Assembly (NCBI RefSeq): GCF_902652985.1 | Contig: NC_047018.1 | Coordinates: 27,404,001 to 27,468,000, forward strand | Reading direction: 5' to 3' | Origin: Pecten maximus | Lineage: Eukaryota | DNA: 64,000 nt | Part shown: in pieces, positions 39,398 to 52,690 of the stretch | Layout: each line of letters starts with the position of its first letter | Position numbering within the stretch: position 1 is the first letter of the stretch | The notes under the pieces: model-generated | The model's input: the letters and a program-made list of their open reading frames with translations, nothing else | What the model was told of the DNA's origin: nothing | The model's database searches: none | Position numbers and translations under genes: made by a program

Positions 39398-42226
39398 GTT
39401 CATAGTTCATAGTATTCGACGTCCTTGTAAGCTTGTGGCTTCTGTCGACGCATCTTCATGGTTGTACACTCATTTGCAGGTTGCGCAGAGGACACGTATA
39501 CAACTTTTATATATATACATTAGTAGCAAGAAGGTAAAAACTTTACTGGATGATTGACCCAATGCTTATTGAGCCTAGATTTAAAAGTATTAAGGGACGG
39601 GGAATCTACTACTGATGTGGGAAGTCGATTCCATGTATTTACAATCCTATTTTTAAAAGCTTGTCCCCTAATATTAGTGTTGTACCTAATCTTTTTAAGT
39701 TTTTTGGAATTCCCTCTAGTATTAAGGTTATCAAGTGTAGGTATTACTTGTTGATTAGATATGTCTAAATTGCTAATCAATTTATAGGTTTGAACCATGT
39801 CTGCTCTTAATCTCCTATATTCAAGTGATGGAAGTCCCAGATGACGCAGGCGTTCTGGATATGATAGATCTTTTAGTGATGGAACTAGTTTAGTGGCCCT
39901 TCTCTGGATGTTTTCTAGTGACATTTTGTCTTTCTTTAACATGGGAGACCATGTAGTGATATTTGTTTCTAAATAGGGGCGTACTAGTGACTTGTAAAGG
40001 TTTAGAAACATTTCTACATTCATACAACTAAAGGTCTTGAATATTAGGCCCAAATTTCTGTTTGCCTTTTTGATTACTGTGTTAACTTGCTCACTGAATT
40101 TTAGATTTTTGTCTACAAGTACACCGAGATCTCTTTCACATGTTACTAAATCTATTTCATGTCTAACACCTAGTTGTGTTGTTTCATATTTGTTTTCACT
40201 TTTTTCTCGGCCCAAGAATAGTCGCAGATGTTTGCACTTGTCCGAGTTTAGCTCCATCAGCCATTTATCTGTCCATTCACAGACTTTATCAATATCATTC
40301 TGGAGAGATGTTCCATTATCACCTTGAATTGATGGTTTATATAGCTTGGCATCGTCGGTGATATAAATTAGAAAAAGTAAGGGCCCCAGTACACTCCCTT
40401 GTGGAACTCCACTGGTGACCTTTCTAGTGGTTGAGTGCTGTCCACTTACAATTACTTCCTGCGTCATATCCTTGACGAAATCTTGTATCCACTCCAAAAG
40501 TTCTCCTTTAATACCGTACCCTTCTACTTTTGTTAATAGCCTTTTATGTGGGACCTTGTCGAAAGCTTTTTTAAAATCTAAATAAATGGCATCAATTTGT
40601 TGGTTTTTGTCCAGGGCTTCTGTCCAGTCTTCCAAAGTTTCTAAAAGTTGTGTTGTACAAGATCGCCCACTTCTGAATCCGTGTTGATTTGTTGATAGTA
40701 GTTTGTTGTCTTCAAGATGTTTAACAATATCATCTCTAATAATTGATTGTAGAAGTTTACCAACGACTGATGTTAAGCTGATGGGTCTGTAATATCCTGG
40801 ATTTTTTTTACTACCTTTTTTGAAAATTGGTGTGACTAATGCATGTTTCCATTCAGCTGGCAATTTCCGTGTTTGTATCGATTTCCGAAAAATAATTTCC
40901 AATGGTTTGATAATCTCATTAGCTGTTTCTTTGATAAGGCGGGGATGAATTTGGTCTGGGCCTGGAGATTTGTTGGCTTTAAGTTTATTTATGGCTTTTC
41001 GTATTTTTTTTTCTGTGATGACAAGGGAACTGATGGTGTTTTGTGTCCGGGTGGGAAATTCAGGAGGTTCGTTTGGGCCTTCGTCGACAAATACACTGGC
41101 AAATTGATAATTCAGAGTCTCTGCTTTTTCCTTGTCATTAGTTGTCAATTCTCCATTTGTTTTTTCTAGCTGTGTAACTTTATCTTTTGTTTTTGTTTTT
41201 TTGCGGACGTAATTCCAGAATAATTTGGGATCGGACTTGATTTTACTGGCCATTTGCTTTTCGTAGTGATGCTGTTGGCTCCTGATCGCTTTGGTTGCTT
41301 TGTTCCTAGCATCTTTATATTTTGTGAAGTTTTCAGGAGATTTGAGGTGTTGATATTTTTTCCAAAGAGTTCTTTTTTTCCTAATCACTTCTAGTGTCGT
41401 TCTGTCTAGCACATGGGTACCTTTCATGTTGCCTGGTCGTTCTTTGCTCACTGGTATATGGTGTTCAGTAACTATTGATAATGTATCAGCAAAAAATTTC
41501 CAGGCTTCATCCAGGCCCATGTTGTCCATAGCATCCCAAGTTACTGCTCGGAGATTGTGACGTATAGCATTGTAGTTTCCTCTGTTATAATTTTTTTTTG
41601 AGTTTGAGGGTGGTGGTTCTTCACTAAAACAGGTGAGTTTAAAACTTAATGACAGATGGTCACTGAGACCTAGGCCGGCATTGTACGAGATGTTTTCTAT
41701 CATATTTTCCTCATTGGTAAAAACAAGGTCGAGCAATGAGGGTTCATTTCCTTCTCTAAAACGGGTAGGTTCCCTTACATGCTGGTATAGAAAGTTATCC
41801 ATTGTTAAATCGAGGAATTTTGAAGCAATGTGATCCACTCCTACTGAAGTGCTAAATGTTGTCCAGTTAATTTCCTTAAGGTTAAAGTCACCCGTGATCA
41901 ATAGATGTGATGGTTTAATATTTTGAACAGACCTGAAGTGGTCTACCAATTCTTGGAAATTTTCTTGGGTGCTGTTTGGGCTACGATAAATACATCCTAA
42001 AAGCAGGGAGTCTTTACTGCTTAGTTTTACTGAGCACCAGACTGATTCCTGATATTCTAAGTTGTCAATCTGAATACAGTTTATATTGTTTTTAACATAA
42101 ACTACAATCCCCCTTCTACAGTTTGAATATGCGCTGTTGTTAAACTGGTTGTAGCCCTCAATGTTGTAAGACATAGACCAGGGTTCGAGTTTGGATCTTT
42201 TGGGGAGAATTTCAATCAGCTGGATT
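39398..42226 (-). mobile_element. 5'-truncated CR1-clade LINE
   Basis: 7-bp TSD AATGTTA (39391-39397, 42227-42233); short tandem 3' tail (ACTATGA)n; ORF2 with APE endonuclease and RT motifs. Confidence 0.9.
39520..42174 (-). pseudogene. LINE ORF2 (APE endonuclease + reverse transcriptase), N-truncated, in-frame deletion at the RT active site
   Basis: GCIYRSP, ITGDFN, LDLVFTN, SDH (endonuclease); YRPISLTS, QHGFR, YLDFKKAFDKVPH, GVPQGSVLGPLLFLIYI (RT). The expected ND...(F/Y)ADD segment is collapsed to IYITDD. Confidence 0.9.
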
Positions 42227-43930
42227 AATGTTATGGTAGTTCTTGTTTGATTTATTAGAATTAAAGTACTTAATAGGATGACTCATTATCAACAATCATA
42301 TTTGGGCAAGTTGATTGATGGTTCTGGCAAGCAAATATTAAAAGTACAATATAAAAGTTAAGCCCTGTAATGTATATGTTGATTTAAATCTTGGTGTCTC
42401 CTACATTGTTAGTATTAATACAATGAAATATCATCTTGATTTAAATTGAAACACTGAATAAATGAAACCAAAAAATCATAATTGAATAATAAGCAGTGGA
42501 ATATTAAATCAGAACTTTAGAATAAGATATTTTCCCATCATACTCTTGTCAGCAGACTTAGCATTTCCATATATACATACCATTGAAATTGTGTACCAGG
42601 TATGCATGCAGTCATCCTTACCAAATACCATTACCTGTCACAAACTGTGGCATCATAAAAATGTTCAGTCATGCTTCACTGCAATTGAGTACAAATACAT
42701 TTAGATTGATTGGTACAATAATGGTATGACCAATTAGATGTGTTTTTATTACATAACGTGTTAGCCTGAGGCTGGTAGGTGTCATTGCTACACATGTCAT
42801 AGGTGGGATCGTTTTGTTGTTACAGCCAATTCCAATGTCAAAACACTATCACAATAGGACTGGTTGAGTTCTTTCCCTGTTCTACCTAATTATTGGCCTG
42901 TCAGGCTACATCAACCCAGACAAATGACATTCTGAATTCTATTCAGTTGTACTCTCCACAGCATACTTAAGTATACCCAAGGAGTATCTCACCAGAATTA
43001 ATATTTTACCTTGACTAAGTGATGTGAAAACGTCAAAGACTTGTGAAAGTTTATTTTGAATGGGTAAGAAATGTGGCCTTATGGTATTACAATATTAATT
43101 TATTAAGAATAAGAAATGCTACCTTGATAATACTGTAACACTTGCAAATATTTTGAATTTAATTATACTATTACACCTGTGAATTAACATTAACTAAAAT
43201 GAAATGAATTTGAAACTGTAGGATTCAAATGTTATAATTGTTAGAACAGCTTGCACAATTGAATTATGTTGTTGTGAATTGTTTAATTAATTAATTAATG
43301 TCTGTGTTCTTTTAGAAGAATCTGTAACAATATTTGTTGTTTAATGGGATAAAAAGAAGGAATTTATCACTAAAAGATAAAGAAATAATGTAACATCTGG
43401 TATAGATATTAGTAAAATTAAATTACGTAATATTTTTTATTCCTGAATATTATGCTTTATAATCTACATACGTTGTATATATCTTGGCTTTGTAGAAACA
43501 TGATCATCACAGTAAAAGTAAGCACATAGATAAACAAGTAATTGTCAGTGCACATATTGAAAAATATATGTCACTTTGAACAAGTTTTCAGGATTCAATT
43601 GAAATGAAAGTAAACTATGTAATGAAATCCAAATTTATAGATATTTTACTCGGCTTAATATGCACAAAAGATATTTTCAAAAAAAAATTATATACAGTAC
43701 CTTTTTTTGCATACATGCACTATCTTTCGTTGTAACTTTATCCGTCAGGACCAATTTATGAATATGCATTAAATTATTATGTCTGTATGCAAAAACATTT
43801 TCACATTTAATTATGAAGATGTAGGTCACAATATTTCTATAATTATTTTGCATTCCTGATAGACTGTCTTATTTAATAAATTCTCTTAGCAAGAGAAACA
43901 CAATTAATGATAATATAATTCTATTTTTAG

Positions 43931-46900
43931 ATGCGCCTTGGTATTGAAGATTCTTCATTTGAAGAGGCATATGCTCCCAAAACTAAAAGAAGGAAAATGA
44001 CTAGTTACAATCATTCAACTCGAGGTAATCCAGAGGGAAACAGCATATTACAGGAGGACCAACCTAAACTGACAGCGCCCCCTAACAGTGATAATGACTC
44101 TCTTAATTCCTCATTCGGCACAGTGTCTAGTCCTCCAAAGAAACGTAAGATGTTCAGGAACCAGAAACAACTTGCTAAAGCCACACAGAAATATCACTCT
44201 AAGAAAGACACTATGTACAGTGACACAGATCTGTCTACTCTAGATCAGACAGACACTCCAGATTCTCTCAGCATGATCAGTGCCATCAACCCAGTCTCGG
44301 ATATGTCTATGCAGACAACATTTTCGCGCATGCAGCGACCCATGGGACGAGCCGATGTGACAATGGAAAGAGCAGTACAGCGTGCACGAGGACAGCCTGA
44401 TGGGGCAGAGAAGTCTTTCCACAGGATGGCCAGTAAGGGAGTACAACGGTACCCTACCATTGAGGAGGTGAGGGAGTCAGCTGAGGGTGTAACAGATACA
44501 AGCTCCAACCGTAGTGAGGGAGACTCTGGTACACTGATGCCTCCTCCAGCAGCCCTACAGCCAATGGAGCGCAGGAAATCAATACGAGTAAGTAAAAACT
44601 GTCAATTAATTCTCATAGTAAAAATTAATCTTACTACAAGAATTGTGTCTAAATATATCCTTGAATTTATTTTACACAATATATCACTAATGAAACATTT
44701 TCCCATGATAGGTAAAGATTTCCAGAGCTGCTAGCAGTGCAGCAGGTAAACTTAAAGGGTTAAAGGCAAAGAAAAACCTGAATGACAGTCGAACAGGAGT
44801 TAGTGCTGGGAAGAGGAGGCTGGAGGACTCGCAGGCGATAGAAACAGATGGTATGTGTTAATGATGGTGCTTACAGTTAATTTTGAAAAAGTTTGTCTAT
44901 AAGACATAGTGTGATACCACTGTATTTGTGTCATCAAAGTATGGTATATTATCTCATACATGGTTATATAACTGGTCTATGCTGTGTGATTTTATACAGT
45001 TTAAGTTTTCAGCATCTGTATTGCATGAGTGTCTTGTGTAATAAAACAAATATCTGACATCACAATGCAGCAATTATTATTTAATATTACAACATCGACA
45101 ATATCCTTATCTTTCATACATATACTCATGAGGGAGACTTGTATTTTCACTTTGCACATTTATTACCAGAATCCAAGAAAACCAAACTGAAGGAGCTTCC
45201 ATTCAAGGACAGAAGGAAAGTGAGAAAAATGTTGAAGAATAATTTCAACATGATTCAAAGGTCCAAACAAATCTGGGATGAATTAAGGAGGTAAGTTACC
45301 AAACACATCAAAAATAATTCAACAGTCACCATCTGTCTCTCATTGATTTTCATCAAGCTTTACCAGAAAAGTTTATAGCCATGAAGAAATATCTTGTTGA
45401 TGGTTACATTTACATCATTATTGAAGCATCATGGATTACAAGTTAGATATGGTGGTGAACCTTAAATGATAGGGCCTTAAGTTTGTTATAAATTGTTATA
45501 TATTAAAACTTCCCGATCACTTGCACATTCTCTAAAAATACATCCACTGTGTAGACAACACAAGTGTTTAAGCATTTGTTACAACATATTTTTCATAATT
45601 TATGATTTGATTAATGCTTTTTTTTTTTTTTTTTTTTGTGAAGACATGACGTGAAGGAGAAGAGGAGGTCGGAGTTGTGTTCAGAACTTATGACTATGGT
45701 CAAAGGCAACATGAAGGAGGTGAGTCTAACGTTAATTCAGACCATCCTGTTGATTGGCTTTGTACAAACCACAAACTTGGACAGTGTAATGACCAACATG
45801 GAGGTATGGCCAAACACTGGCTATATAGCAACAAATTCCAATTGAAATTTTTTTTTTAATTAGGGTCATTAGTCTTCAGTGAGGTCACATGTTAAAGTCC
45901 TCTTAAATGAAATTATAGCAATATCCATGTACCTTGATTCAGAATCTATACTGTATGAAAAATAGAAGTACCACTGTCCTACATCAGCATTACAGATATG
46001 TAAGATGTCTATCATTCTTCATGTTTAGGAATTAGATATCCTGTTGTAAGGAATTATTGACCATTATGAAAGTAAAAACTATATTTGACCAATCCTTTCC
46101 GACAGCTTTCCTTTGCCCACGACACAGCACGAGTGCTTCAGTGTTTAGTGCAGTATGGTACCCCAGATAAAAGGGAGGAAGTCTTCAGTGAGCTCAAAGG
46201 TATGTATAATTGTGGTCTGTGTCCAGCTATATGTATATATCGGGATCATTTTCAATACAGGTCACCAGTTGAATTGACAACACAAAAGTTTATGTGGAAT
46301 ATGTGTAAAAAAAATCATATTTCATAAGTGGCTGTAAAGGCAGTACTTTCACATCTGTGAAATATTATTTCTATGGAGTCAATTTATTGAAGTAAAAGTG
46401 TCATTTACTTGAATCCATTTACAAATTACTGCATTACCTTTCCACCAAATAGGCTGTAACATGGCCACCATTTAGTCTCTGAAACTGCTTGATGAAAATA
46501 AACATTTCAAACCACATAAGTCTGAAGCTTCACCTGGAAGTGAAATCTGTCATTTTACACTGACTGATTGGCTTTGCTGAAAACTTGAACAATAGATTTC
46601 CAGTGTTGTACCAACAATACAGTGGTGTTGTCATAGTGATGTGATATACAGGATGGATCTCTAATAGAGCCAGGGATACTGTCCGGAAGTAGAGCTGATT
46701 TTGTCGTTAGGTTTATTATAGATTTATTGATTAGCTGTCACCAAATCTTTTAAGTTCAGACATGTAAACCGTTATTTTTATCAAAGAAACTCGAAACTCT
46801 ATCTTGATTACATATTATTATGTTATAAATATATGAAACTTACGTTTGTATCAATCTTCTGTTTTACAGATCAGATGTGTGTGATGGCCAAGTCAAAGTA

Positions 46901-49900
46901 TGCCAAATTTATCGTGAAGAAGTTTTTAGTGTATGGGTAAGTAAACACAAACTTACCGTTACAGGTCTGGAGTAATCAAAATGCAATATTATTTACAAGA
47001 GGTCAGATACCATAAATGATATGTTTATGCTTTGGATTTTCACCAATTTGGGATGGATATTTGAAAATAGTACAGCCAGTTATCATGTGTGATGTTTCTG
47101 TGGCCACACATTATCACTGTAATGTACATAGAGGTGATAAAATAGTTAACTTTATTATATAAGAAACCTAATTAGAAACCTCTAATTCTAACTCGGTCAA
47201 TTCCTGATCAAATCTTGATTAGTAGTATTTTATTTTTAATATAAATATCAGCTTTATATCGTAAATGATGTGTATGCAAATGAATAATGTCAAGTATGTA
47301 ACACATCGTATTGTTATGTTCAATCAGGACAAAGGTACATCGAAATGCTGTAATAAAAAGCTTCAAAGGAAGTGTGAGGAAACTGATACGCCACAAAGTA
47401 AGTATACTATACCATCTAATATTCCCCATTAAACACTAAAGATAATCACTAAGCTGTCTTAGCTACACACACCAGAATATTGATGTCTACAGGAAATGTT
47501 TTAATGTTAATCTGTCATCATAGCCCTCCTTTTGATGTATTATCCAGAATGAAATGTCCCATTCATAAAAATCTAATCCTATCAAAGTTATATTGCCAGC
47601 ATCTTAAGTCACTTACAAATGTCTTGTTGTATTTATATATATATATATGTTTCATATTCTTCAGGAAGCATCAGATGTCGTGGAATTTGCCTACAACGAA
47701 TATGCCATCGCAGCACAGAGGTTATCATTACTAGAGGAGTTTTATGGACCCAGTTTTATGCTTTTTAAGGTAAATTTTAATGTCATATACAATTTTATAA
47801 ATAAATTAAGAATCATTTTGAATTTCATAAATCATTTTTAGGACTTGAAAAAACTTCTTAAAATTCTACTTTACATTGTGATGTTTAATGGAAAACCTTA
47901 AGCTACCTCAGTAGGCATTCCCATTATTGTGAATGGAATCTAATTGGTACACTGAAAGGTAATTTATATCGTTATTTTGTGCTGTTTGTAAGCTTAACAA
48001 TTTGTGACAAAAGAGTTAAATCAAAACCCTTTACCATGCTCACTGACTACGACACATGTTATTTTAGACTCCTGATGTGAAGTCTCTGGATCAGATGTTA
48101 CTAGTACAGCCAGACAAACGAGACATGATTCTCAGTAACATGAAGGACGCCCTTCTCCCTCTCATAGAAAAGTAAGTAGCTGTTTACTAGGATTTTTACT
48201 GTATATAAAAATGATACTCAGTTAAACGAATTTTCTCTCTCACAGGTATTAGCAAGTTCAGTTTGAAAATAAAGATTTGGGTAGAAACTGAAACAAAAAA
48301 TAAAAGTCAAATCAAATCAAATACTTTAATTATCATCATATTATACACTTGGTTCTTCTTTGTTTACCAAAGATATGTAGAGCAGCTAGTAATGATGTTT
48401 TATTTATTCTTGTTCTGCTTGTTTTGATAGGGAAGTGCTGAAACACACAATGGTCCACAGAGTTTTCTTTGAATTCTTTGTCTATGCATCAGACAAGATG
48501 AGGACGGTAAGTTATTTTGAGGTATTATAACATCAGTTTGTAAAACAATTCTATACAAATGGCTTTATGTAGTGTTTTGGGTTTGGGAATTTCATCTTTA
48601 ATCCGTTTTCTTCTGAATAAGAGTAACCTATGTTAACTGAATAATATGTAATGTTAAAAGCAAAGATTATTATTATTTGATTATGAAATGAAAAGGGAAT
48701 GTTTTATCTCATCAAAATGGGTACAATGACAAGTTAGATGAAAATATTGATCCCATTATATAGAGAAAACTCCAAGTTTAAAGATAAGAATATACCACTG
48801 TTATTTAATGGCACTGTTTATTGTATGTTTCAGGACATGGTTGAGTCTCTGAGAGACTGTGTTATCCACATGATGCACACACGTGATGGTTCCAGGGTAG
48901 CCATGTACTGTTTCTGGTACGGTACAGCAAAGGTCGGTACCTGTCTCTTTACAATGTTTTATCTTGATTAACTTCATTATTACAAACCTTGATAACTCTC
49001 ACCTTCTGTTTGTGATAGCTTCAGTAAAACGTGTACATAGGTATAGATATAGATTATTATGGTATGTTATATAAACTATATGTTTAGATTATTGGGATGA
49101 TACTGTAAGGTAGTGACTACATGTGTAGTATGTTCTTCATGAATGTTTTACTCAAAGTAGATATCTAAAAGTTTTATTTCAAGTGGAATTCAAACAGTCT
49201 GTATTTATTTTGATATTTCACCACTGAAACATCTTAAAAAATCTGAAGAAATCTTAGACTAACTTCTCATACAGTTGGAAATTTAATTCATTTTTGCATT
49301 TATTACATGTAAAGGTATCTTGTGGACAATTATGGATTATTGACCAATAACTTGAATAATCTATCGACTATTGATACATATCTATATAATATTTTCCAAA
49401 CTGATATTAAAAAGCTAATATTAAATTTATTCTCTGTGTTTTAGGACAGAAAGGTGATCATCAAGAGTTTCAAGACGCACGTAGTGAAGATATGTAAGGA
49501 GGAGCATGGTCACATGGTGTTGTTAGCCATGTTTGATGTGGTGGACGACACCAAGATTGTACAGAAAGCCGTTCTCGAGGTAAGGCCACTAGTGGAAATC
49601 ATGTTTACTTATTGCATGCATCATTCCTTGAAGTTAAATTTCATAAAACTTATGAAAAGCTGTATACAAATTAATTAGGGCTGATGGTTCCAGACTAGTA
49701 AGTATGTTAGAAGCAGGTGATAGTGTCTACACCATACTGACTTCCTGTAATACATTTATTGTTTTTGATGTACTAGGATTTTATATTAAGATTTTAAAAT
49801 TAATTCATTTTAATCCAACAGGAAATGTTGAAATCTCTAAATGAAGTGGCCACAGACCAACATGGCAGGAAAGTGTTACTCTACTTACTGAGTCCCAGGG

Positions 49901-52490
49901 ACCCCCATCATTTCCACCCCGACATTGTACGTGTGCTCGTAGAGGGTGACAAGAATCCTCACAGGTAGGTATTTCCTTATCAACCTAGTATAGATATCGC
50001 ATTATAGTTTGAATTCTATTTGGAACATTGGCTTGTTTATTTAGTCTCATTGATAGATAGAAAAATTAAGAACATGATTGAACATCCTCATTCAAAAAGA
50101 TAAAACAGTCTTATCAACATCTGTTAAAAAAATCGTCGGCAATCCTCAAACACTTTTACACAAACCACTGGGATTTATTATGAGTATATTGTCAATTTAT
50201 AAATGGCAGATATTTATCGATGTCAATGTGTTGTCTGTTCTGTTATAGTAAGAAGGACAAGGCCGTACGACACCGGGAACTACTGGAGTTTGTGTCGTCC
50301 CAACTGCTCCAGTACATTGTAGACAACACACGTGATATGGTCCTGGACAACGCTTCCATGCTTCTTCTCCTGGCCATTCTCACCCACGCTATTGGTATGT
50401 AGATTCTGTTTCCCTTTTCACCAACATTTTTTTTCACAATATTAAAACGATACAAATTTAAAGTAATATTATGTGAATGTGATTTCTTCAACATCTTTAG
50501 TTTCACAGCACAGATTTATATTCAATTCAGTTTATACCTAGTAATTATTTCTAGTAGGATGGGAATTTTTTTTTTTTAGATACATCGCCAAATGATGTAT
50601 TTAATATGAAGATATTTATAGAATCGCAATTTCACATGTTTCCAAACTAGCTTTGAAAATACATATCTCAAATTTGTCATGTGATGGAAGTTTATTGAAT
50701 TCTTGTATTTCCTCTTATATTGAGCTGTTTTATAATTTCAGGCGATCCTTCTGCAGCAATGAAGGCAATGGCCAAGATTGCAGCAGAGCCATTTGTAGCT
50801 GGAAGTCTGGACAACATGCACATAGTGGAGCATTCAGCAGGTCACATGACGCTAAAACGGCTGATACAGAATGACCGTGATCGTATCCAGGCAGGGCACA
50901 CAGGTCAGTTGTGTAGCACCTGTAGTTGTTGTCAGCACTGTGGCTCAATGATGCAGGTCCCCACTACATACCTGTGAGGTCAAATATCTTTGGGTCACAA
51001 GGCTTACTATGTTGTGACAAATCTTTGAGGTCACAGGTCTGAGTTTACGTCACATGACTCTGGTGAGGGTCACATGACTTGGATAAGGCTACAAACTTAC
51101 TGTATGGTAGCAATTCTTTGAAGTCAACAGTCAAAAGGCGGGCTTACTGTATGGTAGCAAGCATTGATTTTGAGGTCACTAGACCTGCATTATTAGGTCA
51201 AAGATTCTACCTAAGTCTTACTCTGTACGTAAAGTCTTCCTAGCTGACTGGTAGCTATACAGTGTTACAAGGTTTTCAGACGCAACATTCAAAGTTAGTC
51301 CTACTCAAGAGTTGTTCAGGCCTGGTAGTTACATGGGACAGTCTGTACTCCAAGAGAGAATAAAATAATGTTTTGGGAGGAAAAATGATAAAATAACCCA
51401 TCATTAATGGAAAACTTATTATGGTAATTTTTTAGCTTTTACCTTCATTCTATGAATGAGAACACTGGAGATGTTTTTCTACTTCAAACGTAGCACGAAC
51501 AAGACCTACCAGATATTATGTCGGGTCATGACAACTACCCTTACTCATTTCACATCAAATACATTATAAAAGTACATATTTATATACATGTATTATATAA
51601 AAAAGATTTCTGAAGAGCATCCATATACACATTTTAGATGAAAAGCTCGAGGGTCATCTTGAAATTGTGCTAGTATCCTCAAGATGATCTCAAATATCAG
51701 TCTAACATGTGGTGAGATGATAAGTATGTATTTGATATCTATAAAGAAATATCAAGATTACTTCTCCAGAGTAGAAGACAGAAGAAAATGACATTAGAAA
51801 TGTGGTCTACTTACAGTGCTATTTTCCCAAGTGCTCCTCGATACCCTGACAGAAGGGTCTCTCAAGTCCTGGGCGGCGTGTAACAGGGGATGCTTCATGC
51901 TCATATTGTAAGTATAAAGCTATTTAATGACTCTGTTCATTGATTCAAACTGAGTCATATATTGAGAGGATGTGAAATTTCACAGTTTATTAAAAAATCT
52001 TTGTGATTTCAAATTCCAATTTGTTGGTTTGATGTAAGAGCAGATTATCTTATCCATCCTTGTCTTTTGACAATCAAAACCTCAATAGTTAACATGCCTC
52101 CTTGTGCTTTGATAATCTAATTTTTTTTCTTTCATAAAGCTTAAAGTGTAGAATGTTTAAGAAAAATAACCATTTCTTATCACAAATCGCAAGTATAAAA
52201 TCATTTTTGGGGCCAAATTTCTAGCAAGGTTTTAGCAAAGTATGGAAAACTGAACATATATTATCTAATTGCCTGTACATATATATTAATTGTATTACAT
52301 AGTGTATATATTGAGTTTGACCTTTTTGACTGTTCTTTACAGCCTGTTGGAGCTTGACCATCCAGACATTACAGACAGAGTGATCACACAACTGACCGGT
52401 ATCAGGAAGGCACTAAAGAAAATGACATTTAAAGGAGCACAGATTCTCCTACAGAAACTGGACGCTCTCAGTGGAGAATACAAGCTCTGA
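43931..52490 (+). CDS. PUM3: Pumilio homolog 3 (Puf-A/KIAA0020/Puf6 family), ~810 aa, 17 coding exons
   Basis: Exons 43931-44587, 44712-44850, 45170-45290, 45644-45719, 46106-46199, 46870-46936, 47328-47397, 47665-47769, 48068-48171, 48431-48506, 48834-48932, 49445-49579, 49822-49964, 50249-50394, 50742-50903, 51817-51907, 52343-52490 (2433 nt, open frame). Motifs FAHDTARVLQC, KSKYAKFIVKK, LLEEFYG, HTRDGSRVAM, FDVVDDTK, GRKVLLYLLSPRD, NRGCF. The start codon is less certain. Confidence 0.92.
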
Positions 52491-52690
52491 ATAACTACAG
52501 AAACTGGACGCATCCAAGCTCTGAATGACTATAGAAACTGGATGCTCTCAGTGGAGAATACAAGCTCTTAAAGACTACAGAAACTGGACGCTCTCGGTGG
52601 AGAATACAAGCTCTGAATGACGACAGAAACTGGACGCTCTCGGTGGAGAATCCAAGCTCTGAATGACTACAGAACTGGACGCTAGAGAAT
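52449..52690. repeat. 46-bp tandem repeat made of the last PUM3 codons and stop
   Basis: CTACAGAAACTGGACGCTCTCAGTGGAGAATACAAGCTCTGAATAA at 52449, with copies at 52495 (short), 52529, 52575, 52621 and 52667 (partial). Confidence 0.9.
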
